Positions 48,301 through 57,661 are shown, counted from the first letter of the stretch. The stretch: DNA of 64,000 nucleotides from Bacteroidota bacterium (GCA_029564465.1 JAKQPY010000225.1:28936-92935); one strand, 5' to 3'. Notes: generated from the sequence alone by a model not told the origin. A program made the numbers and translations.

Positions 48301-51300
48301 TAAAACGAAGTGCCGGTTTTCCGTTTATGGCATTAGGTATTAAACTAGGCTTTAATGAGGCTGTATTTTGTTTTGGATGAAACATGTGTCCGCTTTGATC
48401 GTACCAGGTTGAAACCAAATTGTTTGAGCTCTCAACCGAATCAGCCGACAACCATAATGTTAATCCGGGAACTTGGTTGGGCGAAAAATACCAAAGCATT
48501 CCGGTTTCCGATTCGGTAATGTTACCACAAGGGTTGAATGCATTGATTTTCCAGTACAAAGTATCAAATTGCATCAAAAAATCAACAGGATAATTATTGT
48601 TAAACAGGCTGTCACGCTTAATAATCCAGGTCTCGAATTGGGGAGATTCAGATATTATCAGCTGGTAATAGATGGCATTTTCGGAATGATTCCATTCAAA
48701 GTCAATTGAGCTTTCGTAAACCACCCCCAGTGGAGAGTGCAAATGAACTGTTTCGGCCAACGGATAATTCGATTGCACATTTACAGTTTCTTCGTAAGAT
48801 ACCCCGCATCCATTGCTCAATGTTGCATTGCAACGCACCACATATTCACCCTCGTTGTTAAATTGATACAGTAAAACAGCTTCGTTGCCGACATACACGT
48901 CGTCGATGGTCCATTGCAGCGACTCCAGTTCATCTGTTTCGGGGATGACAATTTCTGACACAAACTGGCTTGTCTGGGTGGTACAAACCGGCAGATAGCT
49001 AAAGTGAACCTGTGGGACGTCGAAAATGTCGATAAATATGGTGGTGTCGGCACTGCAATTGCCCTCGGAGCTAACGATAAGCTGTACTTGTTGGGATCCC
49101 GCTTCGGTAAACGGGTATTGAACTGTGTGCCCCTGAAGGGTATCCATATTATTGAAAACCCAAATGCGACTTATAATATCGCCCTCACTTTCGGATATAT
49201 CAGTGAAAAGCGTGGCAGAACCTCTACAAGAGCCATCATGAACGAAATTGGGAGTTGGGGCAATACCACTGACCTCCACATACATTGTGTCGTAAGCAAT
49301 GCACCCGTTCTGATTGGTAACGGTAAGGGAATATGCCCCGGATTGGTTTACATACAACTCCGGGTCGGTGCTACCCCCAGGCATCCATACATACGATGAA
49401 ATCAGGTTATTGCCCGTCACTATGCCTATATGATTTCCCAAGCACAGATTGGTGTCGTTTCCCAGCGAAATATTTTCGGAGAAATGATCCACTTCAACAT
49501 GAATATTGCGCATACGCGAACATCCGCTTGTATCGGTAAGCTGAACCCAGTAATTGCCCGCATGCGAAACGGTAATCTGAGTGCTCATAGAAGAATTCGA
49601 CCATAAGTATGTATAGCTTCCACTTAGGCCGGGGTTTAATATTGCACTATTTCCAAAACATAGTATTGTGTCGTTTATGTTAATTGTTGGATACGATACA
49701 AATACCGAGTCGGTAAAACTAAAACCATCGGAGCTGGTGGTGGTTACATAGTACATTCCGGTTTGATTGACTGAGGTTTGATGAGTTGTTGCCCCATGGC
49801 TCCATTGATAGCTCTGGTATATGTTGTTTACCGAAAGCGTCACTGGGCAAAAACCATATTCAACAAGTATATCGTCGCCCAATTCGGGAGCCGGAAGGCA
49901 AGATTGCTGCGGGCATTGCACATATACTACATCGCTCGATGTGTATCCGAATATATCGGTAACCGTAAGTGAATAATTCCCGCTTTGGGTAACGGTAACC
50001 GATGTTCCTGTCTGGCCGGTTGACCAGGCGTATGAACTAAACCCCGGGGGGGCTAGAATGCTGTGTTGACATGTGCCGCAACTCAGGATAACATCCGGCC
50101 CTAACGAAACCGGAGGGTAGTAGCGCAACCTCAGGTATTGTTCCACCGCATTTCGCTCCTCGCTGTTCAGTTGCTTACCGAAAATTAGCAATTCGGCCAA
50201 CTGCCCTTTAAAATATTGGGTTGACAAGGCATTTATTCGCGACCCCAGTAGCTTGAATGTTAATCCCATCATCGAAGTTTGCGACCCGTATGCCACTTCG
50301 TTTGAGTTTTTGTAAATATGTCCATTATCGATACTGCTGATTTGCCAGTTAATGTAGTTTTGCCCTGCATTTAACATGTTTTCGCCATCGAAAACACCGG
50401 GACCCGATATCAGGTTGCCATGGGTAAACAATCCTTCCGAGGCATTTCCCGACAACAGATAGTGCACTGCAAGGCTTGCCGGGTCGGGTTTATGCACTGC
50501 AACAACGGTGAAGTTACCCAATGTCAGTTCGTCTATATTGTAATAATTTGCCTGAGTTTGCCCGAATTGCACTGCTGGTTTCGAATTCAACGCCGATGCC
50601 ACCCAGTTGGCCATGTTGTTTGCGTCTGACTGCACTGCATGCATACCATTCCCACTGATGTCGAGGATGTTTGTTATTTTATTACCGGCACCCGAAGCCA
50701 ATTCAACCGAATCGGCTACAAAATGTAGCAACACAGCTTCGGTGTCGATGATGCGTAAACCGAATGTTGATCCCACCGTTAGTTCCTGACAGGAATTAAA
50801 CGTAAGCACACGCCAGTAGTACAGTCCTGGTTCCAGGTTTTGTGTTATGTGGAATGAGGCTGTGGTTTCTGTCCAAAATTGCCCATTTTCGGGCAGGTTA
50901 AACGATTCTTCGAACAAAACATTTTCGAAATCGCTGTTTTCGGCAAGCTGCCATGAGCAATACAATACCTCGGGTAGCTGGGTGGTCCATTCAAAATCAA
51001 TATTTTCTTGCAGCGAGTGGTAGTTGTTGTACGGAAATGCGATTTGTGCTTGCGGGGCAGGAGCGGTTTGTTGGGCAACATGCAGGGTTTGCGTAAGGGT
51101 GTCGGTGCAGCCGTTTTCGTCAGTGATTTTGAGCTTAACCTGATACGCTTGCGCCATAGTGTACACGGTAGTGGGGTGTTGTTGGTCCGAGCTGTTTCCA
51201 TTGCCAAAATCCCACTGATAGTTATCAATGGCTGCATCGGCAGGATTGGAGGTGTCGAGAAAATAGACATCATGTCCCGGGCATGCCTGGGTTGTACTGA

Positions 51301-52906
51301 ATGCGGCATGTGGATTATTGAACACTTGCAGACTGCGAATCATGAAATTGTTGCAACCCGATGCCGAAAACACGTCGAGTCGCACCTGATATGTGCCTGC
51401 ATGAGTATATTGGTGCACGGGGTTTTCGTTGGAGCTGGGAGCCGAGCCATCTCCAAAATCCCAGAGAAACCCGGTGAGTTCTACTCCGGTCGAAAGGTTT
51501 TCGAAAACGATTTCGGTATTTATACAATTTTTTGCAGGAAAAGCAAAATCGGAAACCGGTGCAACACCTTGTATATCAATGATTGTTGTGTCGCGTGCCA
51601 CACAGCCAAATTGATCAGTTGCTGTTATGGTGTATTCTCCCGGGTCAATTACCTGAATGATTGGAGTGGTTTCTCCACCGCCCCAAACATAGTCCCATTG
51701 GGGATGGTAAGCAGCTGCAAAATAATTACCCGCACAAAGGATGGTGTCGTTGCCGAGGCTGAATGTTTCAGGGAAATAATCTGTTTCCAAATCAAGCGTA
51801 TCCGAAACAGCCGAACAGCCTTGATTGTCGGTAAGCGTAAACCAGTAACTACCGGCTTGATTTACGGTGTTATTATAATCGGTATTTGAATTGTTCCAAA
51901 CATAAGTATATTCAGCAGATTCGGATAAACTGGGATTAAGAGCAAGCACCGAGTCGAAGCAAAGAAACTCTCCGGTAGCAATAACATGTTTTTGAGGATA
52001 CTCAACATGGATGCTGTCGGTTCTGAGTCTATTAAAATTATCCTGTACCTGAACCCAGTAGGTTCCCGATTGGTTCACCGATATTTGTGGGCTGGTTTCT
52101 CCGGTTGACCATAAAATATTTGTAAAAACAGGGTTTACACTGAGTGTGGTGTCGCAAAAGCCATAATTAATTTGGATATCTTCGCCCAAATCGAGAGCTG
52201 GAGAATATTTGTCCATTAGGTATTTTTCAACTTGTTTGCGTTCTGCTTCCGAAAGCAACGTATTATAGAATATAATTTCTGCAATAGAGCCTCTTAGCCA
52301 ACGAGTTAATACATAATTGGTTCCAAGTCTGAAGCCACTTATTTTGGCCGTTCCAGTATTTCCAGAACTAAGCAATATGCCGTTTTCGAATAGCATCCCA
52401 TTGGATCCGTTGAAGATGGCACTCGAAACAATAAATTCAAATGGCACTTGCTTTGGATAAGTAATACTACTTCCAGCACTTAAACCAATTGAATTTGGGT
52501 CGCTTACTGAATGAGAAAGTTGACATCTATTACTACTAGAAATTGCATCAAAACAGGGCTGGGTTTCACTTGTAGCAGTAATCGAATTCCAAACTACAAA
52601 AATTGTATTTGGTTGGGAAAAGTTTTGTAGAAAATCTAATTCAAGGTACTTATTAATAAACTGCAGTGCAGGTTTCCCGTTTATTTGATTTTCAACCCAT
52701 TTAGGTTGTCTGCTCAAGGTAGGTTGAGCTGGATGAAATCCATTCCCGCTTTGGTCTTGCCACTCGCTTACATTGTTCGAAGCATCTTTAACAACGCCGG
52801 CATCGGCTTTCAGCCACAGTGTGAGTTGGGTGGTGGGTATTTGCGCTTGCGCGGCCACAACGGCGATGCACAATTGCAGCAATATGATACAGCAGAATCG
52901 AAGCAT
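45377..52906 (-). CDS. Giant (2509 aa) T9SS-sorted surface protein with three LamG-like modules, Ig-like and ~9 PKD-like domains
   Basis: Signal peptide. LamG-like blocks begin near residues 25, 720 and 1475. Each is followed by C..G..YxWSTGET...GxYxVxVTD Ig-like repeats and PKD-like (W.FGDG...P.H.Y...G.Y.V.L) domains. The C-terminus (PYPNPASEILILELYN...GLYVVRVTNGVTAKKLKFIKL) is a T9SS CTD. Confidence 0.85.
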   Translation of the reverse strand: MLRFCCIILLQLCIAVVAAQAQIPTTQLTLWLKADAGVVKDASNNVSEWQDQSGNGFHPAQPTLSRQPKWVENQINGKPALQFINKYLELDFLQNFSQPNTIFVVWNSITATSETQPCFDAISSSNRCQLSHSVSDPNSIGLSAGSSITYPKQVPFEFIVSSAIFNGSNGMLFENGILLSSGNTGTAKISGFRLGTNYVLTRWLRGSIAEIIFYNTLLSEAERKQVEKYLMDKYSPALDLGEDIQINYGFCDTTLSVNPVFTNILWSTGETSPQISVNQSGTYWVQVQDNFNRLRTDSIHVEYPQKHVIATGEFLCFDSVLALNPSLSESAEYTYVWNNSNTDYNNTVNQAGSYWFTLTDNQGCSAVSDTLDLETDYFPETFSLGNDTILCAGNYFAAAYHPQWDYVWGGGETTPIIQVIDPGEYTITATDQFGCVARDTTIIDIQGVAPVSDFAFPAKNCINTEIVFENLSTGVELTGFLWDFGDGSAPSSNENPVHQYTHAGTYQVRLDVFSASGCNNFMIRSLQVFNNPHAAFSTTQACPGHDVYFLDTSNPADAAIDNYQWDFGNGNSSDQQHPTTVYTMAQAYQVKLKITDENGCTDTLTQTLHVAQQTAPAPQAQIAFPYNNYHSLQENIDFEWTTQLPEVLYCSWQLAENSDFENVLFEESFNLPENGQFWTETTASFHITQNLEPGLYYWRVLTFNSCQELTVGSTFGLRIIDTEAVLLHFVADSVELASGAGNKITNILDISGNGMHAVQSDANNMANWVASALNSKPAVQFGQTQANYYNIDELTLGNFTVVAVHKPDPASLAVHYLLSGNASEGLFTHGNLISGPGVFDGENMLNAGQNYINWQISSIDNGHIYKNSNEVAYGSQTSMMGLTFKLLGSRINALSTQYFKGQLAELLIFGKQLNSEERNAVEQYLRLRYYPPVSLGPDVILSCGTCQHSILAPPGFSSYAWSTGQTGTSVTVTQSGNYSLTVTDIFGYTSSDVVYVQCPQQSCLPAPELGDDILVEYGFCPVTLSVNNIYQSYQWSHGATTHQTSVNQTGMYYVTTTSSDGFSFTDSVFVSYPTININDTILCFGNSAILNPGLSGSYTYLWSNSSMSTQITVSHAGNYWVQLTDTSGCSRMRNIHVEVDHFSENISLGNDTNLCLGNHIGIVTGNNLISSYVWMPGGSTDPELYVNQSGAYSLTVTNQNGCIAYDTMYVEVSGIAPTPNFVHDGSCRGSATLFTDISESEGDIISRIWVFNNMDTLQGHTVQYPFTEAGSQQVQLIVSSEGNCSADTTIFIDIFDVPQVHFSYLPVCTTQTSQFVSEIVIPETDELESLQWTIDDVYVGNEAVLLYQFNNEGEYVVRCNATLSNGCGVSYEETVNVQSNYPLAETVHLHSPLGVVYESSIDFEWNHSENAIYYQLIISESPQFETWIIKRDSLFNNNYPVDFLMQFDTLYWKINAFNPCGNITESETGMLWYFSPNQVPGLTLWLSADSVESSNNLVSTWYDQSGHMFHPKQNTASLKPSLIPNAINGKPALRFNNDYLEIDFGQTISQPNTVLVLWKTNAATGETQPAFDGLTTSNRCMIIHSVGENNSIAANAGNSVSYPKPAPFNFILSTATYNGANGKVFENGILLNEGNIGNLGIKGFRIGANAYPSRYLVGDITDLIFYNGQLSETQRTSVENYLMDKYTPHLDLGPDMYLDYGFCFEDLSVHSDFVSVNWSTGENTHSINIQAPGEYSVEAIDIFGRIHRDTINIIFPQLTDPTSIMFCQGGSTTWDTGLGNNYTYQWLPNGETTASINISTPGNYSVLVTDSLGCQLLSNTIHFEIDDYSQTTSIGPSDTTLCAGNSLYLLNNQDETIFYQWSTGSTDAQIIITEAGLYSVTTTNVTGCTVGLQTQVNISGVAPSPNFNSSGHCVGSVVEFTDLSTGNGSQISAWEWQINGVQFSNQQSPTYLFTQPGDYVITLIVSAGSCTNFISKTLNIDPAPIADFIPDHCCGNSNNTLVSTSQIDNGYIAEQLWTIEGAYYQGSEVMIALTQETNLEVTLIALSGTGCSDTLTRVLEVRPAPLPEFSFSPVCYGSPVYFDNSTITAPNNPPQFWNWNFGDGNISTNSNPQHQFVNSGNYVVSLEMGYLNGCRSSSSQDLLVPTAPIAGIANLGCCIHEIYQPGDMSTSSAGEIVSWEWVIQRPDESMTYDTFHVQLPSVPAQHIGVYYISLEIVTDRGCRAFTETSYSVLPKPVSGFSASSVWGGIPLNVEFANSSTNAETYLWEFGDGGISFMQNPVHEFSDTGIFTVQLVSFSEYGCSDTASSDIHAVIPVFDILLMNPQVRLQNKYLISSVTIVNNGSVSATNLEMKLNIPSVGEFVQIVENLQPGQVLQFTFSNQLYMATGLLPEIVCMEATPDILCQYTDSDIKNNRVCVSSVEELFVCQPYPNPASEILILELYNPVESGIEITFWDYTGHKINTFKIEQVHGYYRQEVNVLTLNDGLYVVRVTNGVTAKKLKFIKLGGE

Positions 52907-53297
52907 ATTCTTGTCTTAAGCATTGATTACAAAGATACTATAAAACTGGTTCTGATGAAATATGCAATAGCAAGTTTCAAGAAAAATCATTGAATTTATT
53001 CAATTGAATGGTGTTTGAAGCTACAATGGGCGGAATAATAGTTAGCATCGAAAGACCTGTAAAAGGAAAATAATCACAAACTAAAAATGTTTTACAGGAA
53101 AGGTCTCCGATAACCTGATAGAAAAACAACAAATAAATGAAATTGGAACTAATTCACCGGGTTGGCTCTCCGAAATCGGGTCGCTGTGAAATTGCACATG
53201 GGGGAAAAAAGAAAAATGCATTTTCATTTATTCCTCGTGAAAAACAATAATTTTGTCCACTTATCAACCGAACTGATTTATACTAGGAAAATCTTGT

Positions 53298-53305
53298 TAT
53301 TTTTG
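53298..53305 (+). promoter_or_regulatory. Candidate -7 box (TATTTTTG) upstream of pseB
   Basis: Matches TAnnTTTG, 54 nt upstream of the ATG at 53359. Confidence 0.25.
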
Positions 53306-53358
53306 AAAAATATTATGTTTTTACTTGGTTAAAAAATAAATGAAAATACAACTGCACC

Positions 53359-54372
53359 ATGTTAAATAATAAATCTGTACTTATTACCGGAGGTACCGGT
53401 TCGTTCGGGAAAAAATTCGTTGAAACTATTCTTAAACTTTACCCCGAGGTGAAACGTCTCGTAATCTATTCCAGAGACGAACTGAAACAATTCGAAATGG
53501 CTCAACTGTACCCGGCCAACAAATATCCTCAGGTACGATTTTTCATAGGAGATGTACGCGATTACCAGAGGTTTAAAAGAGCTTGCCAGGGTATTGATGT
53601 AATTATCCATTCCGCTGCTCTTAAGCAAGTTCCGGCAGCAGAATATAATCCGGATGAATTTATTAAAACTAACATTAATGGAGCACAAAATGTTATCGAT
53701 TCTGCTCTTGGAAGTCAGGTGAAAATTGTTGTTGCCCTTTCGACCGATAAAGCAGCAGCACCAATAAATTTATACGGGGCCACAAAGTTGGTTTCCGACA
53801 AACTTTTTATTGCAGCCAATAATATTAAAGGAAATCGCGATTTGAGGTTCTCGGTTGTTCGATATGGTAATGTTATGGGATCGCGGGGTTCTGTAATACC
53901 TTTCTTCATGGAAAAGGCCAAAAAGGGAGAATCACTCCCTATTACCGACCGTGAAATGACCAGATTTAACATCTCGCTTGAAGAAGGTGTCGAAATGGTT
54001 CTTTGGGCTATCGAACATGCAATCGGTGGTGAAATATTTGTGCCAAAAATACCATCTTACAAATTAGAAACTATTGCCAAAGCAATTGCCCCTAATGCAA
54101 AGCTGGAGTATGTTGGAATTAGGCCGGGCGAAAAAATTCACGAAGAAATGATTACTTCCAGCGATTCGTTTTATACCATCGATCTTGGTAAATACTATGC
54201 TATTCTTTCGGCAGGAGCGCATAAAGAGAAATATCTTGACTACTATAAAGCCACTGAGGTTCCCAGAGGTTTTCAATACAATTCGGGTGAAAACACCGAT
54301 TGGATTGATGAAAAAAAGCTGCGTGAACTAATCGTGCAATATGTTGATCCGGATTTTAAACCATTTTTATGA
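53359..54372 (+). CDS. pseB: UDP-N-acetylglucosamine 4,6-dehydratase (inverting), PseB/FlaA1-type
   Basis: KSVLITGGTGSFGKKF, STDKAAAPINLYGATK, and a ~335-aa short CapD-like protein. Confidence 0.88.
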   Translation: MLNNKSVLITGGTGSFGKKFVETILKLYPEVKRLVIYSRDELKQFEMAQLYPANKYPQVRFFIGDVRDYQRFKRACQGIDVIIHSAALKQVPAAEYNPDEFIKTNINGAQNVIDSALGSQVKIVVALSTDKAAAPINLYGATKLVSDKLFIAANNIKGNRDLRFSVVRYGNVMGSRGSVIPFFMEKAKKGESLPITDREMTRFNISLEEGVEMVLWAIEHAIGGEIFVPKIPSYKLETIAKAIAPNAKLEYVGIRPGEKIHEEMITSSDSFYTIDLGKYYAILSAGAHKEKYLDYYKATEVPRGFQYNSGENTDWIDEKKLRELIVQYVDPDFKPFL

Positions 54373-55529
54373 AACCAATACCCTACGGTCGGCAGAATAT
54401 AACAGAAGAAGATATAAAAGCAGTTGTTGAAACCCTAAAGTCGGACTTCCTCACTCAGGGGCCCAAAATTGCGGAGTTCGAAAATGCATTTGCAAGTTAT
54501 GTCGGAAGCAATTATGCTGTTGCAGTTGCTAACGGAACAGCTGCTTTACATCTGTGCACTCTTGCTTTGGGTGTTTCGGCAGGCGATAAAGTTATTACAA
54601 CACCCATTACCTTTGCTGCTTCGGCTAATTGCGTTCGGTACTGTGGCGGTGAAGTAGTTTTTGCAGACATTAATCCAGAAACCTACCTGATCGACCTGAA
54701 TCGTGTGAGGCAAATACTCCGAGAAGACACTGAGAGAAAAATTAAGGGAATTATACCGGTTGACTTTGCTGGCCGCCCTATTGATATGGAGGTATGCAGA
54801 AATCTTGCCGATGAGTTTGGCATTTGGATTATCGAAGATGCATGCCATGCACCGGGTGGCTTTTTAAGAAACTCTCAAGGCAAAAAAGTAGTTTGCGGAA
54901 ATGGTATTTACAGTGATCTGGCAATTTTTTCGTTTCATCCGGTGAAGCATATCGCTGCAGGAGAAGGCGGAATGATTACAACAAACAATAAAAAACTCTA
55001 CGATAAATTGATTTTGCTAAGAACCCATGGTATTACAAAATCTCACGACTTGTTGCACGAAAACCATGGAGGATGGTATTACGAAATGCAGGAACTGGGG
55101 TTTAATTATCGCCTGACAGATTTTCAGGCTGCACTTGGCAACAGTCAGTTGCAGCGCGCCGATGAAGGCCTGAAGCGCCGGAGAGAAATTGCCCAAACCT
55201 ATTTCGATGCGTTCAGGGGCAAGGCATTTATTAAACGCCAGTCGGGTGTGGTGCCCGGGCACGCTTATCACCTGTACATTATTGAGGTTGATCGGCGAAA
55301 AGAACTTTACGATTATTTGCGTAGTAAGCAAATTTTTGCTCAAATACACTACATTCCCCTGCACCTGATGCCTTATTACCGAAAACTTGGATGGAAGCCG
55401 GGTGATTTTCCAAACGCAGAGAATTACTACCGAAATTGTTTAAGTTTACCAATCTATCCAACATTAAGCAGCGAAGAACAGGATTATGTGATTGATTGTA
55501 TTTTTGAATTTTACGAAAATTCGCTTTAG
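54369..55529 (+). CDS. pseC: UDP-4-amino-4,6-dideoxy-N-acetyl-beta-L-altrosamine transaminase
   Basis: The N-terminus MKPIPYGRQNITEEDI is typical of PseC. EDACHA is present and SFHPVKHI carries the lysine. It overlaps pseB by 4 nt. Confidence 0.88.
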   Translation: MKPIPYGRQNITEEDIKAVVETLKSDFLTQGPKIAEFENAFASYVGSNYAVAVANGTAALHLCTLALGVSAGDKVITTPITFAASANCVRYCGGEVVFADINPETYLIDLNRVRQILREDTERKIKGIIPVDFAGRPIDMEVCRNLADEFGIWIIEDACHAPGGFLRNSQGKKVVCGNGIYSDLAIFSFHPVKHIAAGEGGMITTNNKKLYDKLILLRTHGITKSHDLLHENHGGWYYEMQELGFNYRLTDFQAALGNSQLQRADEGLKRRREIAQTYFDAFRGKAFIKRQSGVVPGHAYHLYIIEVDRRKELYDYLRSKQIFAQIHYIPLHLMPYYRKLGWKPGDFPNAENYYRNCLSLPIYPTLSSEEQDYVIDCIFEFYENSL

Positions 55530-55533
55530 GTCA

Positions 55534-56907
55534 ATGATCAGTCTTACGGAAATAGAACGCATTATTCAAAATGGCGAAAATGAAAATATTGAATTCAAAT
55601 CGAGTTTTAATACTGAATTGATAGAAACAATAGTGGCTTTCGCCAATACTTCAGGAGGGAAAGTTATTGTAGGCATTAACCCCAAAGCTGAGATTATTGG
55701 AACAACAATAAATGCTGAATCGGTGCAGCAATGGGTAAACGAAATAAAGAATAAAACATCCCCGGTTTTAATCCCGGATGTTGAAACAATTAGTTTAAAT
55801 AACAAAACCATTGTTATATTTTCAATACAGGAATATCCGGTAAAACCTGTTGCAATTCGTGGAAAATATTTTAAACGGGTAGCCAACTCAAACCATTTGA
55901 TGAGTATTGATGAAATAGCAAACGAATACCTTAAAACCATTAATACAAGCTGGGACTTTTATCCTGACCCCAATCACAGCACAGAACATATCTCTGCCCA
56001 AAAAGTGAAGCGTTTTGTTGAGACCATTGAACAACAAACGCAGAAAAGGATTGAAATACCCCACATGGACTTTCTGGCAAAACTGGAAATCATTCGTAAC
56101 CATCAACTGACATTTGGAGGCTATCTGTTGTTTGTGAAAGAATACTGCCAGATTAGCGATGTACAGGTAGGACGCTTTAAAAGCCCAACAACTATTATCG
56201 ACAGTACTTCGCTGAATACCGATTTGTTTACCGAAGTTGATGAAATCATCGCTTTTATTAAAAAGCACCTGATGATTGAGTATATTATTACCGGAGCACC
56301 ACAACGAACTGAGCGTTTTGATTATCCGTTAGATGCCATACGGGAAATCGTGATAAATATGATTGTACATCGCGACTACCGCGATAGCAGCTCCAGCATC
56401 ATTAAAATATTCGACGACCGGATAGAATTCTTTAACCCCGGAAAGCTTTACGGAGGCATAACGATTGATGATTTGTTGTCGGGCAACTACAGCTCAAAAA
56501 CTAGGAATAAACTCATTGCAAGAGCATTTAAGGAAATCGGTTTAATTGAAAAATACGGTTCCGGAATCAGGCGTGTTTTAAATATTTGTGAAGAATATGG
56601 CGTTAAACAGCCAAAATTCGAAGAGGTTTTTAACGGCTTTCGGGTTCTTTTGTTTAAAGAAAAAATGAATGTCACAAAAGATGTCACAAAAGATGTCACA
56701 AAAGATGTCACAAAAGAAAAAAGAATGATAAAAATTCTTAAACTTGTTGAATCTAATCCATCAATAACAACAGGCGAGATTGCATTGCGTTTAGAATTAA
56801 CACCAAGAACTGTTCTCCGCGATATCGACCAGCTAAAAACGGAAAACAGGCTCAGGAGAGTTGGTGGCCGAAAAAAGGGAAAATGGATTATTATTAAAAA
56901 CGAATAA
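55534..56907 (+). CDS. AlbA_2 (Schlafen-like) domain, HATPase_c_4-like and winged-HTH protein (putative ATP-dependent DNA-binding regulator)
   Basis: ENENIEFKSSFN...IVAFANTSGGKVIVGI forms the AlbA_2 core. REIVINMIVHRDYRDSSS...KYGSGIRRV is HATPase_c_4-like. The C-terminal wHTH is SITTGEIALRLELTPRTVLRDIDQLK. The ATG lies 4 nt after the pseC stop. Confidence 0.8.
   Translation: MISLTEIERIIQNGENENIEFKSSFNTELIETIVAFANTSGGKVIVGINPKAEIIGTTINAESVQQWVNEIKNKTSPVLIPDVETISLNNKTIVIFSIQEYPVKPVAIRGKYFKRVANSNHLMSIDEIANEYLKTINTSWDFYPDPNHSTEHISAQKVKRFVETIEQQTQKRIEIPHMDFLAKLEIIRNHQLTFGGYLLFVKEYCQISDVQVGRFKSPTTIIDSTSLNTDLFTEVDEIIAFIKKHLMIEYIITGAPQRTERFDYPLDAIREIVINMIVHRDYRDSSSSIIKIFDDRIEFFNPGKLYGGITIDDLLSGNYSSKTRNKLIARAFKEIGLIEKYGSGIRRVLNICEEYGVKQPKFEEVFNGFRVLLFKEKMNVTKDVTKDVTKDVTKEKRMIKILKLVESNPSITTGEIALRLELTPRTVLRDIDQLKTENRLRRVGGRKKGKWIIIKNE
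56671..56718 (+). repeat. 12-bp tandem repeat x4 (GTCACAAAAGAT), encoding (VTKD)3-VTKE
   Basis: Read directly from the sequence. It is in frame, in the linker between the ATPase-like and wHTH regions. Confidence 0.9.
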
Positions 56908-56935
56908 ACCTGTAATATTAAATGACGCGAAGTAA

Positions 56936-57655
56936 ATGAAAATAAATAAATTCATAAATACAACCAATTTGTGCATCATCCCTGCTCGTGGTGGCAGCAA
57001 ACGCATTCCGCGTAAAAATATAAAAGAATTTCTGGGTAAACCCATTATTTCGTATTCTATTGAAGCTGCCATACAGTCGAATTTGTTCGAAGAAATAATG
57101 GTCTCAACCGATGATGCCGAAATTGCCGAAATTGCCAAACACTACGGTGCCACCGTTCCCTTTATGCGTTCGGCCCAATCGTCTACCGACTATGCCCCAC
57201 TTGCCGCTGTGGTTGATGAAGCAGTAATCTGGCTCGACCAAACAAAAAACACCTGCACTCAGCTTTGCCTTATTCTGCCTACGGCTCCATTTATTTTGCA
57301 ACGTAATATAGCCGATGCTTATAATTTAATGATTGAAAAAAACTTCGATTCGGTGAGGCCTGTCGTACAGTTTTCGTACCCCATTCAGCGTGCGTTTCGC
57401 CTTAGGGGGCAAGCCGTTGAAATGATGATGCCCGAGCACCTGAAAACCCGCACACAAGACCTTGAACCTGCCTACCACGATGCCGGTCAGTTTTATTGGA
57501 TGACGCGCGAAAAAACTTTGCACGGCACCAATCGCGGTGCCCTGATTATCAACGACATTCTGGCTCAGGATATCGATTCGGAAAACGACTGGCTGATAGC
57601 CGAAATGAAATACCGCTTCTTACTCGAAAAAGGAATAATTACACAAAAAACATAA
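56936..57655 (+). CDS. pseF: Pseudaminic acid cytidylyltransferase (CMP-NulO synthetase family)
   Basis: CIIPARGGSKRIPRKNI and DAGQFYW, in pse operon context. Confidence 0.85.
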   Translation: MKINKFINTTNLCIIPARGGSKRIPRKNIKEFLGKPIISYSIEAAIQSNLFEEIMVSTDDAEIAEIAKHYGATVPFMRSAQSSTDYAPLAAVVDEAVIWLDQTKNTCTQLCLILPTAPFILQRNIADAYNLMIEKNFDSVRPVVQFSYPIQRAFRLRGQAVEMMMPEHLKTRTQDLEPAYHDAGQFYWMTREKTLHGTNRGALIINDILAQDIDSENDWLIAEMKYRFLLEKGIITQKT

Positions 57656-57661
57656 GCACAC

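Noticed and set aside
51008-51889. 293-aa plus-strand ORF inside the giant minus-strand gene, along with many other antisense track ORFs (e.g. 8968-9471, 19422-19847 and 6931-7461)
   Set aside because: These are shadow ORFs opposite genes with strong domain evidence. Their translations are low-complexity or Cys/Arg-rich with no motifs.
53051-53110. Imperfect hairpin (CCTGTAAAA, 25-nt loop, TTTTACAGG, with flanking AGACC/GGTCT) in the 450-bp gap between the giant gene and pseB
   Set aside because: It lies upstream of both divergent genes, so it is not a terminator. The stem is short with a large loop, and it does not resemble any riboswitch or sRNA I know.
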